DNA of 64,000 nt. Origin: Asterias rubens (lineage: Eukaryota). Below the pieces are notes generated by a model, which did no database searches, was not told where the DNA came from, and saw only the letters and a list, made by a program, of their open reading frames with translations. Positions within the stretch are counted from its first letter, which is position 1. Each line of letters opens with the position of its first letter. Location of the stretch: assembly GCF_902459465.1 (NCBI RefSeq), contig NC_047065.1, positions 1,612,001 to 1,676,000 of the forward strand. Direction: 5' to 3'. Positions 1-11,709 of the stretch are shown here, one piece after another. Both the position numbers and the translations under genes were made by a program.

Positions 1-697
1 GCAATCCATAAATCCAGTCACAAGTTGTACATGTGACATGCTAGTTGGCTGGTAACATTACTCTAGTAAACACACTTTTGTTATGCTTAGCTACTTGTTG
101 TGTTTAAGCAGCTCTATGAAATTGGGCACTGCTGGGGAAGCAAACAATACACATGACATATTCATCCCTTTACAAACCATTTAGTTATGTATAATCATCA
201 CCATATGCCCAGACATGGTTTTATTATTAATAACAAAATCTTTTTAGTTTTGTAAAAATGTCTGAAACCCCCAAAAATAAAACATATAATTGTTTTGTAT
301 GTTAAAAACAGATACTACATGTTAACATGTGAAACATTGGACAATGTCAATTCAGGAAAATGACCTTTACTTTGACCTTTTGAGTTGGAAGTAGGTCAGA
401 TCTTGCAGGGCAGATAGACGCAACGAAGGCGATAGCCTCCATGCCCCATAAGCCATTTTAAGATATGGTGGACACAATGCTACAACAATGCCACTATACA
501 AAGGAAACAAAACATTTTTGTATGTTGTTGTGGTGTTTTGGACAATCTTACAGAAACCAACTGTCAAATAAACTTAATATCACTGGCAGGTAATCCTTAT
601 AGAAATCTATATACATTTTCTACATAGACAATGCGTCAGCTGATAACTTTCCATACTTCAGGGCCAGATAGTACTGTCCTAATCTGGGAATTGTCAC

Positions 698-1070
698 TTA
701 AAGCCATTGGACCCTTTCGGTACAGAAAAAAAAAAAAAAATCACAGATTTACAAATAACTTACAGGGTTTACAGAAGGTAGTGATGAAATACTGCTCTTG
801 AAATATTATTCCATGTAATGCTTTACTTTTTGAGAAAACAGTAAAACAATATCAATTCTCATTAACGAGAATTACGGATTTATTTTAAACACATGTCATG
901 ACACGGCGAAACGCGCGGATACAAAGGTGGGTTTTCCCAATATTTTCTCCCGACTTCGATGACCGATTAAGCCCAAATTTTCACAGGTTTGTTATTTGAT
1001 ATAGAAGTTGTGATACACGAAGTGTGGACCTTGGACAACACTGTTTACCGAAAGGGTCCAATGGCTTTAA
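698..1070. mobile_element. Kolobok/T2-like MITE, family 1
   Basis: Perfect 21-bp TIR AGCCATTGGACCCTTTCGGTA (702-722 and 1046-1066), flanked by TTAA at 698-701 and 1067-1070. Confidence 0.85.
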
Positions 1071-1402
1071 AGGCAGTGGACACTATTGGTAATTACTCAA
1101 AATAATTATTAGCATCAAACCTTACTTGGTAACAAGAATGGGGAGAGGTTGATGGTATAAAACATTGTGAGAAACGGCTCCCTCTGAATTGTGGCGTAGT
1201 TTTTCGAGAATGAAGTATTTTTCCACGGATTTGATTTCGAGACCTCAAAATCAAGCATCTGAAAGCACACAACTTCGTGTGACAGGGGTGTTTTTTCTTT
1301 CATATTTATCTTGCAACTTCAACCACCAATTGAGCTCAAATTTTCATAGGTTCTTATTTTATGCATATGTTGAGATACACCAATAGTCTCCAATGTCTTT
1401 AA
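1067..1402. mobile_element. Kolobok/T2-like MITE, family 2 (further copies at about 5464-5830, 6001-6340, 10780-11140, 32666-32880, 35030-35100)
   Basis: Termini TTAAAGRCASTGGACACTATTGGTAATT and AATTACCAATAGTGTCCASTGYCTTTAA, with a shared internal sequence (GCACACAACTTCGTGTGACAAGGG, GATTTCGAGACCTC) across copies. TTAA flanks. Confidence 0.85.
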
Positions 1403-2028
1403 AGGGAATAGATGCCAAAGCTTCTTTTTGTGCTTTTAAAAAAGCAGCTCTCAGAAACAGAACCCTGGATGTAAGCCGTTAACAGTTTTTTTCTTTCCCA
1501 GGTCACTATTTCAGGTTTGTAGTCTGCGAGTCTTCTGCTATTAGGCTACTCACCGAGTTCACTATTTGAGGTCCGAGTTCTGTGAGCTCTTTGTTGAAGA
1601 CTTCTCACATTCTTTTAAGATATGAAGTCTGTAGGCCTACTAAGCCATTTGCGAGTTCGATTTGAAATATTGTCTGGTATCATGACTTGCTTAGTCACAA
1701 TGTACCGCTTACATTCGATCTCCTCAGACTATAGAGACAGTTGCTATGTCGAATCGTTCGGGGCAAGCTTTTGTATAGCAACCTCAAAAAGAGCAAACCC
1801 TGGTACCATTGAGCCATACACATCCATTCAGAATTGTGTATGGGTGTCCACTTAAGTAACTAAGCTAAAGATTGCCCTTAATCATCTGACATAGCAACTG
1901 TCTGGATAGTCTGAGGTATTCAAATTTAAGTGGTAACTTGTGATCAAGCACGTCATTGTACCAGACAGTATTCAAATTTAACACGCAAATGGCTTATATA
2001 ACTAACATCATAAGACTCGTTCATATAT

Positions 2029-5000
2029 TCATTTCCCTGCTGATGACGCTGCAATCATATCACTCGAGATCTGTAGTCTGTAATTACTAATATCATAGGA
2101 TTCATGCATGTCTTCGTTGCCCCACTGGCGCTGCATTCTCGCTCGTACAGGGTTCACCACCATCGACACCAAGCAGCTACTGAGGGCGCTGTTCATCGGA
2201 TTCCACGACTGCGCAAAAGTAAAGAATACGGCCGGACTAACGGGTATTTTGTGTCTGTTCTTCGGAAGTTTCCCGGCCTCGTGCTTAAATGTTGGTTTGT
2301 TGACGACGTAGTGCAGGAGGCGCTGCTGGAACAGGCTGCTATCAAACACCATGACCGGTTGGTTTCGTTCCAGCTTCTGAAGAGTAAGATTGGACATTTG
2401 AGAGTCGGCAATCGGGCCTTTCTCTGTACTGCACCAAAAGATTTTACTCCGGCAGTAACGTGTTGCGTAGATGTTACCATAGTCATCACATTGCAGTAGC
2501 AAACTAATAGGAGAGAACAAGAAAGACACTAAAGAAAATGTTGGGTTTTTTTAAGGACATTTTTTAACATCCCAGTATTTCATAAAGCAGGTGCTGCAGC
2601 CTATGGCAGTAACATTCTTGCAACTTTGATGAACAGTTGAGCCAAAATTTGTACAGATTTGTTGTTTAATGCATATCTCGGGATACACCAAGTGAGAATC
2701 CTGGGCCCAATTTCATAGAGCTGCTAAGCACAAAAATTTGCTTAGCATGAAATTTCTGCCTCGATAAAAACAGGATTACCAACCAAATTTCCACATGATT
2801 TTCAGGATTCAGCAAACATCAGCTGATTACCTGTAACAAGCAATGTGCAACAAATGGAAATTTTGTTGGTAATCCTGTTTTTTTCAAGGAAGAAATTTCA
2901 TGCTAAGCAAATTTTTGTGCTTAGCAGCTCTATGAAATTGGGCCCTGGTCTCTGACATTAACTAAGCGTGTCCAGGAGTAGGTTTCACATAGATTGTCCT
3001 AACTTTGGACTAGACCTAGGACTCTTTCGGAGTTATCAATAACTTAACGCTAGTCCAAAGTTAGGACTAGTAACTCATCCTATTTTGAGATAAGACTAGT
3101 CCGAATCTTACCCCTTCTCCAGAGCCTGCAAGACATGGTCTGTAAACTTGTACTGACTATCAGTCATTTCCGTTCGCTGATCGTCTGTAATATTTGGGAA
3201 CTCCACTCCTGCGGGGAAAGCGCCGTCAGTATTGAACTGCCATGGTTTATTGTAGTAGACGAGACAGCCATGTGGGTTCTTGATGTGTTCTCTGACGACC
3301 TCTTGAGATCGGTAACGGATTCGAATCAACAGTTCCCGGTCTGTGAACCAAATGAGGATAAAAGTCATTAAAAGTACCATTTCAGCATTGGTTTTTGCTA
3401 ACAAAACAGTTGCTGGCAGTGTAAGCACTTTATGTAAACTGACAAACCTGTAAAAGTTTGAGATCGATCGTCCATCTGGGTCACAACAAAACAGTAAAAA
3501 AACAAATTAGACATTTTGCATGACATCGATTAACAACTCAACTCACATATGGCCCCCGACATTAATTGGTTGCACAGTGGGAGGGTTAACCATCAAGTAA
3601 AGCATAAGTTTTTCTTACAATCAGGTAGTGCTGGAACTTCCTCTTTATTTGACGCATGACCTTCCTTGTCCTTCTTGAGGTCTGCCCTTGCCGGGGGTGA
3701 ACTTTCCTGAGGTTCATTTTCTTGTTGAGGAACGACCGGGTCAACGGTCATAGGTTGCTCCGATGAAATATCCTGGAGCTGTGATTGATCAATAGTGCCG
3801 ATCATGTTGTTGACTGGTACGACACCAGATATCATGGCTGACGGATTCTGGACGGGAACTGCTTGTGGCATTTCTTCTGATTCAACAAAATTATTAAAAA
3901 ATCAGGTTATTAATTTAAAATGATTTGGGGTTGAACAAAGACAAATTTACTAGAGTGGCTATTTTAAATGTTCAAATGAAAGATTCCCGAGCCATTATTG
4001 CTGAAGTGGGGCCAGGTTTCCAAACTGTTTGTGTTTGAAGGGCCTTTTGACTGTGACATTTGATACTCCTTATCAATAGCTGCATCTCAGATCAATGCAG
4101 AGTAGACGGTAATTTAAATCTGTGCTGGGAAGCACAATGTATTTTGCACAGAGGGCTGGGCAAAAATTATCATTCATAAATACCCCAGACAGTGTCGCTA
4201 CTCATATTAGTTGAGAGCGCGTCACATGGTGGTGATTAAACCGTTGATAATGACAGGCTGGAGCAGTTTATAATCGGCTGTCTTACGCGTGTCTGGCGCA
4301 CGCGTACGACGCCAATAATATCATGCGTTCCGCAATTCATAACTACTAGTAACAGTGCATAATCTATTTCTAAGCGCACGCACGTATTCACAACCCATGC
4401 ACATCAAACAGATTCTTCACAAAGTTTCTGAAAAAAATACTTCAAACCTCAAATTTTCAATTGTCAAAGTGTCTATAATTGTATTTTTATAATGTTTTTT
4501 AACAAAAGGGCATTTATGAATGGGAATAAAAGAGTAGTGGCTCATTCTAAAACGTCCGTTTAAAACCTTGCAGGATCGTTGCCGGTTTTAAATGGCCGTT
4601 AAATAACTCGTCGTTACCCTTTAACTCCCTTAGTCCTGGGCAGTGACGCCCAGCACTGCCAACCAAGGCTTTATTTCTCGGTTTAAAAAATATCAATTTT
4701 TTTAACTGGGCCAATTTTCATTGAGCTGCTTAAAGGCTGATTTTTTGCTTACTGTACGATTTTCATTTTATAGCGCTGCTAACCATAAGCATATAACAAA
4801 GGAATAATAACCTTCCGTTACTGCATGAAAATGAATGACATAACAAAACAAATCCATGGCGAAATGACTGCCTAATTTTCCTGCTAACCTGTGAAATACG
4901 TTTACACCTTAGCAAATATTTCCGCTACAGTAAGTACAAAAATGTGTTTACCGTTAAGCAGCTCTATGAAATTGGGCCCTGCAGCCAGTTTTCAGAACGC

Positions 5001-8000
5001 TAGGAATGATCATATAGGATGGGTTCAATGCGTCCTAACATGAATGGCTAGGAATGATCATATAGGATGGGTTCAATGCATACTAACATGTATGGCTAGG
5101 AATGATCATTAGGATGGGTTCAATGCGTCCTAACATGTATGATTAGGGAATTGAGCTCTTCCTAAGTCCTAAGATTAATCCTAAGTTAGGAAGAGTTTAG
5201 TGAAATCGCCGGCTGGTTGTATCAATCTCACCTTGTAATAAATTGGAAAAATCTTGGTGGTTTTGTGCTTCGTACATGTGTGGTGATTGGGCAGATGGTT
5301 GTAGATACATGGCGTCCATGCTTTGAGCTGGATAAGTCGGCGAACTTTGCATTTCAACTTCTGCTTGTTTCAGCATGTTCTGAAGGACCTCAAGGTGTAC
5401 AGACATTTCTATAAATATAAAAAATATAAAAATAATAGTGAGTTTATTCAATAATAACAATCTTTAAAGGCATGGGGACCTTTGGTAATTGTTGAAGACC
5501 AGTCTTCTCACTTGGTGTATCTCAACATATGCACACACACAAAAACTGTGAAAATTTGAACTCAATTGGTTGTCGAAGTTGCGAGATAATAATGGAAGAA
5601 AAAAACACCCTTGTCACACGAAGTTGTGTGCTTTCAGATGCTTGATTTCGGGACCTCAAAGTCTAATTCTGAGGTCTTGAAATCAAATCCATGAAAAATT
5701 ACTTCTTTCTCGAAAACTATGTTACTTCAGAATGGTTTATACCATCAAAACCTCTCCATTGCTTGTTTCCAAGTAAATTTTTATGCTAACAATTATTTTG
5801 AGTAATTACCAATAGTGTCCAGTCCCTTTGAAGACACTGGACACCTTTGGTAATTGTCAAAGACCAGTCTTTTCATTTCATCAAAACATTGTACTCAATA
5901 ATGTTGCAATTACTGTAATATATGCTCATAGTTTTTGAAAAATAGTTTTATAAATGTGAACAAACATCATTTGAACAAGTACAAAGTTTGGGGGAAACAG
6001 TTTAAAGACGCTGGACACTATTGGTAATTGTCAAAGACCAGTCTTTTCACTTGCTGTATCTCAACATATGCATAAAATAACAAACCTAAGTTGCGAGATA
6101 ACAATGAAAGAAAAAATACCCTTGTCACACGAGGTTGTGTGCTTTCAGATGCTTGATTTCAAGACCTCAAATTCAAATTCATTGAAATTTACTTCTTTCT
6201 AGAAAACTAATTTACCTGCAGAGGGAGCCGTTTCTCACAATATTTTATACAATCAACCTCTCCCCACTACTTGTTACCAAGTAAAGTTTTATACTAATAA
6301 TTATTTTGAGTAATTACCAATAGTGTCCACTGCCTTTAAGTCAGAGAATAGACTCTAAAGCGTAGATTTGTGACTACAATGTACTCTTTCTACCAACGAG
6401 TCTACACTTTCTCATCCATTCTCCTTAACTTAAAAGATACCCTTACTGTATTACCCACCTATTTGACTTGCCATTTGCTGTTGACTTAGATCTGGTGGAC
6501 TCTGAATAGGAATCAAACCATGAGAATTGGTTAACGATTAAATACAGGATTGACAACTTATCAAAAAAGGAATTAGCTTCAATATAACAGCTTGCTGATT
6601 ATGGAGTCCATCCTCCAGAGAAATATTTCCATCTGAAAGTTCACTGATTCTAAATTTCATACCAGTACCAATCCTCCAGAGAAATATTTCCATCTGAAAG
6701 TTCACTGACCAGAACCAATCCTCCAGAGAAATATTTCCATCTGAAAGCTCACTGATTCTAAATTTCGTACCAGAACCAATCCTCCAGAGAAATATTTTCA
6801 TCTGAAAGCTGACTGATTATAAATGTCATACCAGTGCCAATCCTCAAAAGAAATATTTATATCTGAAAGCTCACTGATTCTAAGTAACAATCCTCCAGAG
6901 AAATATTTTCATCTGAAAGCTCACTGATTCTAAAGTTCATATCAAAACCCCTTCGCTTTTCGATTAAGTGCACTGGGTGCTTGTACATTACACTAAACAC
7001 AGGACCAACGGCTTTACGTCCCATCCGAAGGACAAAGTATCATGGTTTTGCGTAGATCTTGCTGTAAGGACACAGGTGTCACGACTCTCGCACCAACACT
7101 CTGCTGAACAGAAACACCAGAGCTTGAGTTCGGTGCTCTTAACCTATAGGCCATTAATACCAGATGTTGTATTCAAAACGATATTACCTACTTACCATGG
7201 CTAAGACCATGTCGCAACAATCGTCATCGTTTTGAACACTGGGAGTTTCAATGATACCTGCTTCCGCCACAGCTGCAATATCTTTAAAGAAATCATCAAA
7301 TCCAAATAATTTAAAGATGTTAAATTTGCATCGGAGATAAAGAATATTTATTTGGTTTTTAACTATAATATACACCGATCGGTGTTATAGCACTGTACAC
7401 TCAGTACTAACCCGAGCTCTGTGAAAAAAATCACAGGTATATTACTCGGGTGGGATTCGAACATAGGATTGGAGCTGCATCTAGCCACGGGGCAATCTCA
7501 GTGGTCTAGTTGGTGTGACACTGCTCTAGAATTGCAAAGGTCGTGGGTTGGAATCCCACCCGAGTAATAAACCTGTGATTTTTTTCACAGAGCTCGGTGT
7601 ACAGTGCTAACACACATCTGTGTATATAGGTAAAAACTAAACGAAAATCCAAATAATGTTAAAAATGTGTGATCAACTTGAGCAAGTGACAGTGCTGTAG
7701 TTGAATCCCTGTTGTTTGAGTCCTACAATCAGAGCCAAAATGGTTGGGCCACCCATTCGCAAACTGGCAATTGACATTCCCTGTCCCGCCCCCCGGTCAA
7801 TGTTGATGGCAGCGCTGACCGCGAAATTAAGAGTCAACATAGAAAGGGGGCAGGGGGATATGGCCGAGATTGTAGTCACTCATGAGTATGTTAAGTTTGT
7901 CTTGTCAGTAAGTCATTGCGTCACACACGTTCTTATCTGCTGCAAACCCAAAGTGGTTTGTTTCTTTCGGCTCTATAGCTGGCATACATTTGTGCATGCT

Positions 8001-8465
8001 GTGTGTAGTTTTAGAAAACTTCACTAATTTCATGGCTCAAAGCATTTCTTACGAAAGAAATATTTAACTAAGAGAAACATTTAAAAAAGAATTGATACAT
8101 TTTTTTAAATTATGAAACTGATTCATGATGCACCTAATTAGGAAACTCCTTCTCTTACTACATAGGCCCCCCCCCCCAAAGAAAAAAACATGTCTAGTGT
8201 CCTGACTTTTTGAAAAAAGGAAGAATAGAGGGTCTTTTTCTTCTTAAAAACTTGCCGCCTGACACATTTTTAAAAGACAAAAAGGAGGTGGCCTCTAAAA
8301 AGGAAGCGGGCAGGACACTAAACATATTTTATTTTTTGTTAGGCCGAAGTTACCATTCTGAAAGCCATATGGCATGTTATCTTCACCAAGCATTGCTAGG
8401 AACTGCCCCAGTGCCGCATTCTGCTGTGCTTCATCAACATTTATCACCTCTTGATTAGTCTCCAT
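2029..8465 (-). CDS. IRF-like protein A: C-terminal IRF association domain (IAD, SMAD/FHA fold), no DNA-binding domain found; 7 coding exons, 459 aa
   Basis: Exons (minus): 8354-8465 (METNQEV...GFQN), 7196-7281, 6459-6501, 5232-5408, 3619-3876, 3112-3340, 2029-2503. All are GT-AG, phases join, total 1380 nt. The C-terminus has IRF IAD hallmarks: RELLIRIRYRSQEVVREHIKNPHGCLVYY, VEFP...QYKFTDHVLQALEKGLLL, GNIYATRYCRSKIFW (cf. IRF5 IYAIRLCQCKVFW, IRF4 LYAKRLCQSRIYW), KLERNQPVMVFD (cf. IRF4 KLERDQTCKLFD), VFFTFAQSW, LVSMVVNPVRAR, and RLQIS. The N-terminal exons were assigned from splice signals and from phase matching with paralog B, so they are less certain than the IAD exons. Confidence 0.85.
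2704..2944. mobile_element. PIF/Harbinger-like palindromic MITE (representative of the most abundant family in the window)
   Basis: About 100-bp TIRs starting GGCCCAATTTCATAGAGCTGCTAAGC, with 3-bp CTG duplication at 2701-2703 and 2945-2947. Related copies at about 4710-4980, 13402-13578 (CAG TSD), 21465-21720, 22655-22910, 23357-23598, 35500-35745, 37545-37742, 39222-39365, 42820-43075, 45018-45318 and 55605-55805. Confidence 0.8.
4999..5142. repeat. 48-bp tandem repeat, 3 copies
   Basis: GCTAGGAATGATCATATAGGATGGGTTCAATGCGTCCTAACATG.ATG repeated three times. Confidence 0.85.
6611..6940. repeat. About 61-bp minisatellite, 6 copies, in an IRF-like gene A intron
   Basis: Unit TCCTCCAGAGAAATATTTCCATCTGAAAGCTCACTGATTCTAAATTTCATACCAG.ACCAA starts at 6611, 6672, 6719, 6780, 6841 and 6891 (two truncated units). 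Confidence 0.9.
7355..7640. mobile_element. Inverted-repeat element enclosing a tRNA-like (Pol III A/B box) head
   Basis: Long inverted arms at about 7355-7462 and 7547-7640 (CCGAGCTCTGTGAAAAAAATCACAGG..TTACTCGGGTGGGATTC). The interior has A-box TGGTCTAGTTGG and B-box GGTTGGAATCC. Confidence 0.6.
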
Positions 8466-9105
8466 CTTGTATTCAAAAACGACGATCCGTACACCAGGAT
8501 AAAGGCAACCAAAAGATTATCTAAAACAAGGAAGATAAACGTTCATTTCAGTTTTTTAAAATGTTATCATGACACAAAATCATGACACAAATTCTAGGAA
8601 CACGAACTTAATCCTCATTCAATGTCTAATGAATCCTTTTTAACACTCAAAACACAAAAAGGACAAAAACTTACCAGATCCGGAGTCAAACAGTGACAAT
8701 CAGCATTTGTAGTGGAGTAGTTGGGGACTGAATTACGGTAAGAATTTATATTTTTTAAACAATTTTTGAGATTGCGGAGTGGATTTTCTGTCGCCCCCAG
8801 GGTCAATTAATGAGAGTTCAAAGGACACAAAGAGCCTAATTTTGGCGAGATTAAAAAAGAAAGAAAAGAGATTTGCGCAAACAATATTAAAAGAACCAGA
8901 AAAAAAGCAGAATCGTTATTGTCGTAAGAGATGTCAACCTATGAGGTTATGGGAGACGAGAGCGGAACGAAACCTCATAGTTTTAGGAGTAGTACGAAGT
9001 GTTGGACCAGTTTGTCGTTTGCCACTCGAGAGAATCCCGTAACCCTCCGGCCTTGCGACTGTCGGGAGAAGGGTTACATTATCGCAACTAACCCTGAACC
9101 AACAA

Positions 9106-9234
9106 ATTAGTTTATCATATTATTTATTGTTATGTATGTTGTTGTTAAAACTTATTTTGACATTATCACTGATATAATGTCAAAATAAGTTTTAACAACA
9201 ACATACATAACAATAAATAATATGATAAACTAAT
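9106..9234. repeat. Perfect 61-bp inverted repeat with 7-nt loop
   Basis: 9106-9166 is the exact reverse complement of 9174-9234; loop CACTGAT. Confidence 0.95.
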
Positions 9235-10271
9235 CATTCATTCATTCAATTTTGAAATGATTTGGATAGACAACGGAGTTATAGATTTAAGATTATATTT
9301 ATAAACTTACAATTAACTAAAAACCTACTTCTCCAAAGTCCTCGTGAAAAGAGTTTCTGATAAAACAAATATGGTGATGACTTCAGTGTGTTTATCTGTG
9401 CCGCTACCTTTCATTTAGTTACTATTTTTGGGATTTTGGAATTCCCAGATTGCATCATTGAACAAAATAATGTTCAACATGTAACATGTAGTTCGATGTA
9501 ACAATTATGCTTATTTTTGTCAATAAAAACCAGATAAAACAACACTTATTTTTCTTAAATATTCTTTGGGATACTATTATCTTTCAATATCTAAAAAACT
9601 AATTAAATTTGTATAATGTGATTGTCAATAAATATAAGCATGAACTACATCAAGCCAACACTGTGATAACAACGCCGTTGTTGCTTTTATTTTTAGCAGA
9701 TGACGACACCGATCATACGGGGAATACCCAAAACCTTAAAGGGCGCCCTCAATGCTGTCAAATCAATGCAACAAAGCAGTGTCGTCTGCATTACAAGGGT
9801 CAAAACATTTTGTTTAACAGTCAATGATATATTTTTTCATTACGTGTTGTAGTATTATTGTGAAGCCAAATTGAACTCAATAAAGAACGAATTGAATACC
9901 AAGTGAATATGTCTCATGAGCGTTTTATTCTCCGGTTCTCGACCATCCTGCTATCCCATAATATGTCTCCCAACTTCTAGAGGTCACTCTAATTTGCATA
10001 GGTCTCATTTGCATAGCACAGTAAACAATGCATGTAATGCATACATGTACATGTAATATCAGGACACTACACGTGTTATATAATGAAGATGATATCGCTG
10101 ATAATGAAGGTTTTTTATTGTCAACTGAATGATCAACGGTAATTATTGTGATGAATAATCCATACCATTCTGATTCTCAAACTAATCCTGAGATGGTTTA
10201 AGGAGTGATTTCAGGCCCAGTGACCAGGGGTAATAATGTGAAGTGCTTTGGGACGCCCTTCGGGTGTAAAA

Positions 10272-10528
10272 NNNNNNNNNNNNNNNNNNNNNNNNNNNNN
10301 NNNNNNNNNNNNNNNNNNNNNNNNNNNNNNNNNNNNNNNNNNNNNNNNNNNNNNNNNNNNNNNNNNNNNNNNNNNNNNNNNNNNNNNNNNNNNNNNNNNN
10401 NNNNNNNNNNNNNNNNNNNNNNNNNNNNNNNNNNNNNNNNNNNNNNNNNNNNNNNNNNNNNNNNNNNNNNNNNNNNNNNNNNNNNNNNNNNNNNNNNNNN
10501 NNNNNNNNNNNNNNNNNNNNNNNNNNNA
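10272..10528. other. Assembly gap (N run) between the two IRF-like genes
   Basis: Run of N; the true size is unknown. Confidence 0.99.
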
Positions 10529-11709
10529 TTGTGAGAATAATAATAGATAAAACCAATGATAAAAATGTTCAACACAAAATAACAAATCCTCAAAAAATTC
10601 CCTCTCAAAGATGAAATTCCAGGCTTGGAAATTTATTGATATTCCTAAACCGTTGACAAGTTTCCTTATAAATTAGAAAAACTACCTCTGTTATAAATGG
10701 GAAAATAAATAAGAACAACTTGTGCTAACTTCAGATACATAAAGTGGTTAAAAAATAATGATTTCTCTGATAAACCATTTCAGTATTGGTAATTGTCAAG
10801 GACCAGTGTTCTCACTTGTGTATCCCATCATAAGCATAAAATAACAAGCCTGTGAAAATTTGGGCTCAATTGGTCATCCAAGTTGCGAGAAAATGATGAA
10901 AGAAAAAACAACCTTGTTGGACGAATTTTGTGTTTACAGACAATAATAACAGTCTTCTAGCTAGAAGTCTTTTAATATTTTAGTGAGAAACTATCTCTTT
11001 CGCAAAAACTACGTTACTTCAGAGGGAGTTGTTTCCCACAATTTCTTATACTATCAACAGCTCTCCAATGCTCGTTACCAAGTCAGTTTTTAAGTTAATG
11101 GTTGTTTCGAGTAATTACCAAATGTGTACCTTCCCTGTAAAGGAGGGCCGTTTTATGTGTACAATTTTGCATTTTAGCAATTTTGTTATTTACAACATGA
11201 ATTGGAAAATGTTTACTTTTATTTTGCACACAGACATATTACATATTTTGCCGATACACAATACAAGCAGAAGTAAGAAAGAACAATATTTACAATCTCA
11301 TACATGAGAAGCATTCATACACATTGGCATAACCGGATTTGTTTAAAATATTTTTTGTTGTGGGGGGGGGGGGCTATTTAATGTATTGAAACAAATGACT
11401 AATTGTGTTTGTCCATTAAATGCACCATTTTAGATTCCACGCAAACCTGAAAGCATTAATAACAGTTTTAAAATATATGGCCTTTCATGCAAGAGAAATC
11501 TTTTCTGATACTTTTTCTCTACAAGAATTTGTACAAATGATGCTGTTTTAAAAGGGAATATGTACAAAAAGGTTCTTACAATGCACAAAACATTTTGCTC
11601 TGCTCTGCTATGAGGGAAATCGTTCAGCGATTCTATTCTTGTGATGATCACTATTAGAAGCACTTTGAGCGCTTTATAATTTTGTTGTTATTATTTATTA
11701 TTATTCTAA

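Noticed and set aside
367-567. Possible exon of a further minus-strand gene at the window start
   Set aside because: An acceptor-like site near 498 exists, but no frame gives a recognisable protein and no partner exons are visible. Unsupported.
2104-2499. Antisense ORFs over coding exons (also 3135-3371, 11918-12121, 26778-27035, 53813-54109, 56401-56640)
   Set aside because: Shadow ORFs produced by codon bias on the opposite strand of real exons.
2029-3340. SMAD MH2 interpretation of the duplicated domain
   Set aside because: Same fold family, but the motifs (IYATRYCRSKIFW, LERNQPVMVFD, FTFAQSW, RLQIS) match IRF IADs. SMAD signatures such as WCSIAYYE and the SSxS tail are absent.
6538-6801. 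87-aa ORF with internal repeats
   Set aside because: Translation of the roughly 61-bp intronic minisatellite.
7489-7570. tRNA gene
   Set aside because: A and B boxes are present but the acceptor and anticodon stems do not pair properly, and it sits in a repeated inverted element. Treated as SINE-derived.
7673-8027. Overlapping GC-richer ORFs (68 aa minus, 108 aa plus) in IRF-like A intron 1
   Set aside because: No recognisable domain in any frame and not needed for phase continuity of the gene model. It could be an unrecognised repeat or regulatory element.
10182-10608. ORFs spanning N runs (also 63417-63937)
   Set aside because: Artefacts of translating assembly gaps.
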